From the IMG/VR virus record IMGVR_UViG_3300010938_000025: a DNA stretch of 20,000 nucleotides; one strand, written 5' to 3'. This document shows, one piece after another, positions 13,662 to 20,000 of the stretch. The position numbers and the translations under genes are program-made. The DNA is from an uncultured virus (IMG/VR IMGVR_UViG_3300010938_000025) (lineage: Duplodnaviria; Heunggongvirae; Uroviricota; Caudoviricetes). Under the pieces are notes generated by a model. That model ran no database searches and had not been told where the DNA came from. It saw only the letters and a list, made by a program, of their open reading frames with translations. Position 1 is the first letter of the stretch. The number at the start of each line of letters is the position of its first letter.

Positions 13662-14761
13662 ATGTCTGTGCAATCTGCTCTAAGCCCGATTGCGATATCC
13701 ATGCGGACGCGGTCGTGGTCCACCTGGACCCAGACCTGATTCGACGGCTTGAGCGGCGCCCAAGCCGCGATCTGGCCTGGGCCCGGTACCACATCGACCA
13801 GGCAGGCGTGGGGATCATACCCGTGACTTTTGCCGTTAACCCCCCAAACGCGCCCCTGACCGGCACGTTCTGGGTACGGGCAATACGGCATCAAAAAGTT
13901 CGCCTGGACCAGGCGTTTATAAGCCTGGTCCAGGTAAACGAAACGCACGCGGCCAAAACATTGTACCTGCATGAATCCGCCACAACGTTCCGCCGGCGCG
14001 GAACATTGCTCCTCGGGCGCGCCGAGGGTGGATTCTTCGCTTTCTCAACGTCGGCAAACGCGCCGGAAACCACCCGGCGTGAGACCGTCGGCGAGTGGTT
14101 TGCCGACGTGAGCGCCCTGGAGGCGCTCACGTGGGAGCCGGGACACTTTCCCGGCGTGATTCGGCAGGCAAGTGTGGTAGACCGCACATACGCCAACCAC
14201 AGCCCGGCTGCGACGGTGTACGACCACCGGGAACGCCCAGAGGTGGGGGCGCGCGTGGTGGCTACACGGAAGATTACACACGCTCAACAGGTCTTTGAAC
14301 ATTGCGACCTGTACCCGGCCGACGGTCAGCCGTTGTTGGCGACCGTCATTCTGGGCAGTTGGAACGTGCAACTCCCGGACGACATGGTGGCCGAGTATAT
14401 TTTTCAGTCTACGTCGCACCAACGTCGTGTGCAAAGCACGACGTTGTTGATCATCGCAACCAGGCTGGCCACCCCCGGCCTGGATGAGGTGGAATTGGAA
14501 TTGGCCGTTCTAAATGCACTTGAGGACGGCAATCCGGTGGCCATATGCAACGCCTATGAGGCGCTCATCCTGGCCAGGGTTGCCAACGGACACCTGGTTG
14601 TCACCCCGGAGCATGAGGCGCTCTGGGGCAGGTACCAGGCGTGTAGGGCCCGAGCCGAACGGTCCAATTTCGAGAACGAGGCCGATGTCGCCTGGGAGAA
14701 GGCAGTGGCTCTCTTAAGGCGACTGTCAAATTTCCCGAACGAGGAGGGATGCCATGACTAA
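13658..14761 (+). CDS. Hypothetical protein (367 aa)
   Basis: AAGGAG RBS and ATGA overlap with the previous gene. N-terminal CxxC...C..H; no family recognised. Confidence 0.75.
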   Translation: MNVCAICSKPDCDIHADAVVVHLDPDLIRRLERRPSRDLAWARYHIDQAGVGIIPVTFAVNPPNAPLTGTFWVRAIRHQKVRLDQAFISLVQVNETHAAKTLYLHESATTFRRRGTLLLGRAEGGFFAFSTSANAPETTRRETVGEWFADVSALEALTWEPGHFPGVIRQASVVDRTYANHSPAATVYDHRERPEVGARVVATRKITHAQQVFEHCDLYPADGQPLLATVILGSWNVQLPDDMVAEYIFQSTSHQRRVQSTTLLIIATRLATPGLDEVELELAVLNALEDGNPVAICNAYEALILARVANGHLVVTPEHEALWGRYQACRARAERSNFENEADVAWEKAVALLRRLSNFPNEEGCHD

Positions 14762-15107
14762 AACTATCAAGATGGACATTGTACATGGAACCGTTTCACC
14801 CGTAGTGGAGCTGGCCTCAAGGCCCAGTATGCGACAAAGCCGGCAGGCGCTTGAGGCAGTGGTGGGCGCCCTGCCGGCCACGCAGTACACGGTCGCCTAC
14901 GAATTGGATCCCGCCGGGGACTATTGTGTGTACACGGTCCCCGGCTGGTACTATCCAGTGCTGTGCCGGTGCGTGGGTGAGGTCCCAACAGTTTACGACG
15001 TGGTCCTGTGCAGGGTGCCCAGTGTGGACGTCTGTTTCATGCCACGGGAGTGGCATGGGCACCGGGTAAGCCGCAGGATAATTAAAGCGAAAGGAGATGC
15101 ACAATGA
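14754..15107 (+). CDS. Hypothetical protein, paralogue of 15697..16005
   Basis: GGAGGG RBS, coupled to both neighbours, with shared YELD and CFxPxxW..RVSR motifs. Confidence 0.75.
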   Translation: MTKTIKMDIVHGTVSPVVELASRPSMRQSRQALEAVVGALPATQYTVAYELDPAGDYCVYTVPGWYYPVLCRCVGEVPTVYDVVLCRVPSVDVCFMPREWHGHRVSRRIIKAKGDAQ

Positions 15108-15700
15108 GCGAGAACAAGATTACACCCGTAAGCCCGGTTGCGGCGACGCGCGGCCTGACGCTCTCGCAGGCCGCCAGGCAGGTCCTGGCCGCTCAGGCCG
15201 CGGCCAGTAGTCCGACGGTGCTCATCTGCGACGTGTCGGGGTCGATGGATGAGCACGACGCGCCGGGACACCGAAGGAGGATCGACGCGCTGCGCGACGT
15301 CGTGGCGCAATTGCGAAAAGAGTATCCGAATATCCGTTTGCTGGCGTTCGCGAGTTCGCCCGCCTGGGCCTCGGCCCTGCCTGAGCCGGGCGGTGGAACA
15401 GCGCTACACCTGGCGCTGGACTTCGCCCGCCCGGCAGTAAAACCTGAGTCCGTCGTGTGCCTGATAAGCGACGGACTCCCAGACAGTACAGACGCGGCGC
15501 TGGAAGCCGCCAGGCGGTTTCCTGCCCGGCTGAATGTATTCTACGTTGGCCCGGAGGGCGGCCCGGGCCAGCGGTTCTTGCAGGAACTGGCTGCCGCGAG
15601 CGGCGGCCAGTTCAGGACCTGCCGCCTGGATCAGGACCTGCTGGCCCAGACCCGCCGGGTGCTGAGCCTGCCGGCAGGCCGGAGAGGAGGATTACAATGA
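15104..15700 (+). CDS. von Willebrand factor A (VWA) domain protein
   Basis: Complete MIDAS: LICDVSGSM (DxSxS), GGGTAL and LISDGLPD. Confidence 0.9.
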   Translation: MSENKITPVSPVAATRGLTLSQAARQVLAAQAAASSPTVLICDVSGSMDEHDAPGHRRRIDALRDVVAQLRKEYPNIRLLAFASSPAWASALPEPGGGTALHLALDFARPAVKPESVVCLISDGLPDSTDAALEAARRFPARLNVFYVGPEGGPGQRFLQELAAASGGQFRTCRLDQDLLAQTRRVLSLPAGRRGGLQ

Positions 15701-16005
15701 GGTGGATAACGTTGCGAGTCGTCGCCGAGGACGGCGTCGCCAGGGTGGAGGCTGTCCTCACCGACGAGGGCATCGGTCGCGCCGACGGCGCGACCATAGC
15801 CCGCGACGAATTGGACCGATTCCGGGGAGCCGACCGCTATCCCTACGAAGTCAGCTACGAACTGGACGACGACGGTCCATACGTCGTCAGTAAGTACTGG
15901 GGCATAAAATGCCTCGATGACGCGCAAAGCGGCCGGTTCGTAGGCTACGCCTGCTTTCTGCCCGAAGACTGGCTGAACCGGCGCGTCAGCCGGTTCGTGT
16001 GGTAG
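15697..16005 (+). CDS. Hypothetical protein (102 aa), paralogue of 14754..15107
   Basis: AGGAGG RBS and ATGA overlap at 15697-15700, with the shared motifs. Confidence 0.75.
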   Translation: MRWITLRVVAEDGVARVEAVLTDEGIGRADGATIARDELDRFRGADRYPYEVSYELDDDGPYVVSKYWGIKCLDDAQSGRFVGYACFLPEDWLNRRVSRFVW

Positions 16006-16139
16006 CCGGCGTAGCTACGAAGTTGGAAGTATAGCCCCGGCCGGTGACTCGAATCCCGGCCACGGCCGTCTACCGTGCGCCTGATACACCCGACCGGCAC
16101 CGGTAGACGGCCGCAATCGATACGGAAAGTGAGGTACAT

Positions 16140-16388
16140 ATGCGGTATACACGCGAATACATGGCCACCATCGGTCGCAAGGGCGGCCTGACAACTGTGG
16201 CCCGCTACGGCCGCGAATACATGCGCCAGATCGGGCGCAAGGGGTTCAATCACATGGTCGAGAAGTACTGGGCCGGCGACCGGCGCCGGGCGACCCGGCG
16301 CCTGGCCGAGTTGGGCAGGATGAGTACCGATCCCGCCCCCTGGAATAACGCCTGGCAGTACCCTCGCCGTGAAGACGAGCCGTGGTAG
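16140..16388 (+). CDS. KGG-repeat (stress-induced GsiB/Con-10-like) small protein
   Basis: Two repeats, REYMATIGRKGG and REYMRQIGRKGF; GAGGT RBS. Confidence 0.75.
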   Translation: MRYTREYMATIGRKGGLTTVARYGREYMRQIGRKGFNHMVEKYWAGDRRRATRRLAELGRMSTDPAPWNNAWQYPRREDEPW

Positions 16389-16397
16389 GAGGTACGT

Positions 16398-16700
16398 ATG
16401 ACGCTAGATCAGATTGTCTCAACACCAGTCGGCGGCCCGGGCGGCCGCCGCATGATCGAGGACAGGCTCACCTGTCAGGACGGGTTCTCGCTGTCCGTCC
16501 AGGCCAGCCAGTGGCACTACTGCCGGCCGCGCAATGACGATGGTCCGTGGACACACGTCGAGGACGGCTATCCGTCGGCACACGAGCCGTTACTCGACGC
16601 CTACGCCGAAAATCCAGATGACCCGACCGGTACGGTGTACGGCTACGTGCCGGTTGAGGTGGTCCGCCAGGTCATCGCCAGACACGGCGGACTCGCCTGA
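16398..16700 (+). CDS. Phage hypothetical protein (100 aa)
   Basis: AGGAGGT RBS. The pattern CQDGFSLSVQAS..HYC.PR...TVYGYVP...HGG resembles a widespread uncharacterised phage family (from recollection, not searched). Confidence 0.7.
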   Translation: MTLDQIVSTPVGGPGGRRMIEDRLTCQDGFSLSVQASQWHYCRPRNDDGPWTHVEDGYPSAHEPLLDAYAENPDDPTGTVYGYVPVEVVRQVIARHGGLA

Positions 16701-16740
16701 GGCGATAATCCCCCGACACTCTTCTCTTACGGAGGTCACC

Positions 16741-18759
16741 ATGCAACCCGAATCTGAAAAGTTCAAAACGCGCATCGGCCGGCTCGAGCTGAGACCGCAT
16801 CAGATTGACGCGCTGGATTACGTCCACGCGCGGCTTGAGTCTGGCTTAAGCCGATACGCCCAGACCTGGCGCGAAATCCAGGCCCTCACCTCGCAACTTG
16901 AACACGGCCGGCCGGTCAAAGGCCGGCTCACACAGGCCAGAACTCAGCTCAGGTACGACCAGGCTGAGTTGGGTATCCTCCTGGCCCATGCCATGCGGAC
17001 GGGGAAAACGGCCGTCGCCATCCGCGTGCTGCACGAATTCCCCAGGTGGATCAGGGCCTGGACGGCACGCGGGCTCATCCCGGAGGAACTGGCAGGCGAC
17101 ATCCTGTCGCGGCCCAACCTGGCGCTGGCGCCAACCCACCGGGTGGCGCACGTCACCTGGCCGGAGGAGTTTGAGCGCTGGACCGACCGGTCCGATCCGG
17201 CCGAGGCGAAGGCACGTTGCCTGGTCCTCGGCCCGGAAGACAACTGGGGTGACGTCTTCTCAACCGTCCGGACACTCTCGGAGATCGGCGCCCCGATTAA
17301 ACTGATCGTGACCATGTACCAGTCGATCCGCTCAACGGTCCACGTGGCACGGGCTATCATGCCGTCGGCCGTGTTGAGCCCGGTCCAGGTGGCCAACGCC
17401 CACCTGTTGAACCACGCCGACAGGCTGGCCGCAGGCCAGATGCCGTCAGAGTTAGAACCAGACCGGCGCAGCCGCACCAGCCTGGTTCAGGCGGTCCGGT
17501 GGGGCATCGTCATTGCCGACGAGTCCCACGTGCTGAGCGACCCCAGTTCGGCCACGGCGCAGGCCGTCTACGGCCTGGACTGCCTGGTCAGACTGGCGCT
17601 ATCCGGCACGCCGTTCACCTCGGTGGTGCATCAGCTCTGGGGAACCCTGAGCTGGTTGCAGGGTAGTAGCGTGTGGGACACCGAAGGTTACTGGCTGCGG
17701 CGTTCACACATCTGGGAGACACACAGCCAGTTCATGCACCTCTACACCGATGCCACCAGTCGCGGCGGCCGACGGGGTATCAACCTGACCCACGATACGG
17801 CCTACTTCTACGATTGCCATTTCAAAGTACATCCTCCGGATTCACCCCAATGCCGTAGCCTGCACTCCAGGCTGGCCCGGCACACCATGCACAGGGTCAG
17901 CTTTCAGGAGGCGACCGGCATTGATCCGTTAACCCCAATGATAGTCGAAAGTGAGATGACGCCGCCCCAGGCCGAGGTGTACCGCACCTTCCTGGACGGC
18001 GTGATCGAGATCATGCAGGCCCAGGAACAGATAGACACCGAAGACCGGTTCATCAGTGTGAACGACCGTCGGGCCTGGATCAACCTGGCACTTGAGATCG
18101 CGTGCGGCCTGCACCAGATCGCACACTACGTCGAAACCAAAACCGATAGCAAAGCCTTCGCAGACATCTTCAACGGCCGCGGCCGCACGTCGCTGGCCCG
18201 ATACACCCACCTGAACTGGCAGGACCGTTCGGGTAAATGGGCTGGACTAAAGGACCTTTTGGACAACCAGATCGAAGGCAAAGTCCTGGTCCTGACACAC
18301 TGGCAGGCAACCGCAGAAGAGATCGCCCGCAACCTGGAGAACTACGGCGCCACCTGCGCCCACGCCGGCCTCGGACACCACAGGATCGAGTCCAATCTGG
18401 ACACCTTCAGGCGCGACCCAGACTGCCGCGTCCTGGCCGCGACCGACATCCTGCAGGTCGGGGTCCGACTTGAGGCCGAGGCCGTCGTGGTCTTCGGCCA
18501 CTACAGCTGGAATCCGGGCAACCTGCTCCAGGGCGCAAGCCGCCTGTGCAGGCTGGACCTGGAACGCCCGGTGCCGGTGTACGTCCTGGTCACACCGGAT
18601 ACCGTCGAGGCTTACGCGGCCAGAGTCCTGTTCACCAAACAGACCAGTTTCGGGGCCGCCATCGACGGTAACCCCGGCCAGGACGTGAACGTATTCGCAT
18701 TGATGGCAGGCATGACCGCGCAGGACTTTATCGACGCCCTGCGCGGCAAAGTACACTAA
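16741..18759 (+). CDS. SNF2-like superfamily 2 helicase/translocase (672 aa)
   Basis: Q-motif LRPHQ, Walker A MRTGKT, IVIADESH, motif III LSGTP and WNPGNLLQGASR. GGAGGT RBS before ATG 16741. Confidence 0.88.
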   Translation: MQPESEKFKTRIGRLELRPHQIDALDYVHARLESGLSRYAQTWREIQALTSQLEHGRPVKGRLTQARTQLRYDQAELGILLAHAMRTGKTAVAIRVLHEFPRWIRAWTARGLIPEELAGDILSRPNLALAPTHRVAHVTWPEEFERWTDRSDPAEAKARCLVLGPEDNWGDVFSTVRTLSEIGAPIKLIVTMYQSIRSTVHVARAIMPSAVLSPVQVANAHLLNHADRLAAGQMPSELEPDRRSRTSLVQAVRWGIVIADESHVLSDPSSATAQAVYGLDCLVRLALSGTPFTSVVHQLWGTLSWLQGSSVWDTEGYWLRRSHIWETHSQFMHLYTDATSRGGRRGINLTHDTAYFYDCHFKVHPPDSPQCRSLHSRLARHTMHRVSFQEATGIDPLTPMIVESEMTPPQAEVYRTFLDGVIEIMQAQEQIDTEDRFISVNDRRAWINLALEIACGLHQIAHYVETKTDSKAFADIFNGRGRTSLARYTHLNWQDRSGKWAGLKDLLDNQIEGKVLVLTHWQATAEEIARNLENYGATCAHAGLGHHRIESNLDTFRRDPDCRVLAATDILQVGVRLEAEAVVVFGHYSWNPGNLLQGASRLCRLDLERPVPVYVLVTPDTVEAYAARVLFTKQTSFGAAIDGNPGQDVNVFALMAGMTAQDFIDALRGKVH

Positions 18760-18774
18760 TCTGAGAGAGGTAAC

Positions 18775-19170
18775 ATGGCAGAAATTACACTCAAAAACAC
18801 TCAAATCAATAAACAAATCGCCGACCTGGTCGCTCAGAGCGACCAGGCCGTCACCGTGCACACCACCGAGACGGACGTCACCATCAGCCGTCCCAATAAG
18901 TTGACCATCCGGCGCGACCTGCTGGACCGCCTCGGTCTCGCGCCACCTGACCGCTCTAAAGCGTGGGTCGAACTGGTGCTCTCCGCGCCAGAACACGTTT
19001 TAATTACCCGTAACGAACTGGTCATCCACGACCGACAGGTGCGCCCAAGCCTGCTCTTTCGTTTCAGGTCTGAAGAGCAGCGACGGCGTACAGAGCTGGC
19101 TGCCCTGGCCCGACACCGGTCGGTGACCGAGTTCATTCGGGAGGCCATCGACCGGGCACTGGAGGAATAA
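18775..19170 (+). CDS. Putative regulator with a C-terminal ribbon-helix-helix-like domain
   Basis: LLFRFRSEEQRRRTELAALARHRSVTEFIREAIDRAL has the strand-helix-helix pattern of CopG/Arc-like proteins; GAGGT RBS. Confidence 0.55.
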   Translation: MAEITLKNTQINKQIADLVAQSDQAVTVHTTETDVTISRPNKLTIRRDLLDRLGLAPPDRSKAWVELVLSAPEHVLITRNELVIHDRQVRPSLLFRFRSEEQRRRTELAALARHRSVTEFIREAIDRALEE

Positions 19171-19171
19171 A

Positions 19172-19960
19172 ATGCGCCAGGCTATCCGACGGACCACGCA
19201 CGATCTCTTCCCACCCCTGGCCAGGGTGACAGGTCTGGCCGTATTCCAGATCATCGGCCTGAGCCACGTCTGGAATGAGACCTGGCTGTTCTTCAACCGA
19301 CTGTATGCCGATACGTGGCGTACCCTGACGGCAACGGCTACGGTTGAAGTCGGCCTGATAGTCATGCTGGCCTTGACTTTTCTGGCCGCAAGTGGCAGCC
19401 GACGCGAACTCGTTCTTGCCGCCACGCTGGACGTCGGCCTGGTCATCATTTCGGGGATCGCCAATTACACCAGCGCCGCCGCAAGCCTGGCCGATACACC
19501 GGCCACCTTACTGCCGTTCGGTAGTAAAGAGCTGGTCGCCTGGCTGGCGGGCCCGACGTTCGTCGCGCTACTGTTCGTGGCCGGCGCCCTGCAGGGTGAC
19601 GGTCTCGGCTACCTGCTCGTGGCGCTGGAGGCTCACGCCAGAGAGCGCAGCCTGCACCGGGCCGAACTCGATGCCCGCCGGGCCCAGGCCGAACACGAAC
19701 GCGCCCTGGCACTCAGAAAGCTTGAACTCGACTACGCCCTGCGCACCCGGCGCGCCGAGCTCAAGGCCGAACTGAAGGCGCAGACACAGGCGCCTCAGGC
19801 AACCCCTGTGTCGGCGGATGAACTGGCCAGACAGGCCGGCGTCAGTAAACGCACCGCCTACCGCAGACTGGCCAGCCTCCGCCGCTCAGCGGCTCAAGAC
19901 CCTGTCACAGGCGGTGACACAGGCGTGACACGCCTGTCACAGGTAGTGACACAGGCGTGA
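19172..19960 (+). CDS. Membrane protein (about 4 TM) with a coiled coil and C-terminal HTH (DUF2637/SpdB-like architecture)
   Basis: Hydrophobic helices, an E/R/A-rich coil and VSADELARQAGVSKRTAYRRL; GGAGG RBS. Confidence 0.65.
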   Translation: MRQAIRRTTHDLFPPLARVTGLAVFQIIGLSHVWNETWLFFNRLYADTWRTLTATATVEVGLIVMLALTFLAASGSRRELVLAATLDVGLVIISGIANYTSAAASLADTPATLLPFGSKELVAWLAGPTFVALLFVAGALQGDGLGYLLVALEAHARERSLHRAELDARRAQAEHERALALRKLELDYALRTRRAELKAELKAQTQAPQATPVSADELARQAGVSKRTAYRRLASLRRSAAQDPVTGGDTGVTRLSQVVTQA

Positions 19961-20000
19961 CACGCCTGTCACAGGTAGTGACACAGGCGTGACACGCCTG
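19901..20000. repeat. 32-bp tandem repeat with an internal 19-bp palindrome; continues past the window end
   Basis: GTGACACAGGCGTGACACGCCTGTCACAGGTA starts at 19914 and 19946, with a truncated copy at 19978. Confidence 0.92.

Noticed and set aside
15457..15696. N-terminal extension of the 182-aa ORF
   Set aside because: It lies inside the VWA gene; the RBS and ATGA coupling support a start at 15697.
16005..16070. Canonical tRNA gene
   Set aside because: There is no anticodon arm, acceptor pairing is poor and the T-loop is oversized. It is kept only as a candidate structured element.
16534..16740. N-terminal extension of the helicase in the ORF track
   Set aside because: It overlaps the 16398..16700 gene, and a strong GGAGGT RBS supports ATG 16741.
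18247..18996. 249-aa minus-strand ORF (likewise 6465..7100 on plus)
   Set aside because: These are antisense shadows of well-supported genes in GC-rich DNA.
1..20000. Integrase, transposase, reverse transcriptase/DGR or att site
   Set aside because: No such motifs were recognised in the window, so lifestyle (prophage, plasmid-like or lytic) cannot be determined.

Overview
GC-rich tailed-phage (or phage-plasmid/prophage) DNA with two divergent arms. The left arm (minus strand, 8100 to 1) is a tightly overlapping packaging/virion/lysis operon: VRR-NUC nuclease, candidate TerS, terminase large subunit, portal, a small secreted or membrane protein, two GT-B glycosyltransferases and an Amidase_2 endolysin. 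The endolysin is missing from the ORF track because it runs off the window. The right arm (plus strand, 12858 to 19960) is an early/replication operon behind a perfect sigma70 promoter. It encodes an ECF-like sigma factor fused to an intact-looking HNH nuclease, a VWA protein flanked by two paralogues, a KGG-repeat protein, a SNF2-like helicase, an RHH-like regulator and a membrane-anchored HTH protein followed by palindromic 32-bp repeats. Between the arms lies an unusual region of about 4.5 kb. It holds a Phd/YefM-like gene within about 1 kb of extreme C-over-G skew, small transcription units ending in terminators that share an upstream motif, at least six distinct tandem-repeat arrays, a perfect DnaA box, 22-bp iteron-like repeats, an AT-rich block and a structured leader RNA. 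A YxPL-type motif suggests a Chloroflexota host (inference). All calls were made by eye from motifs and synteny; no searches were run.
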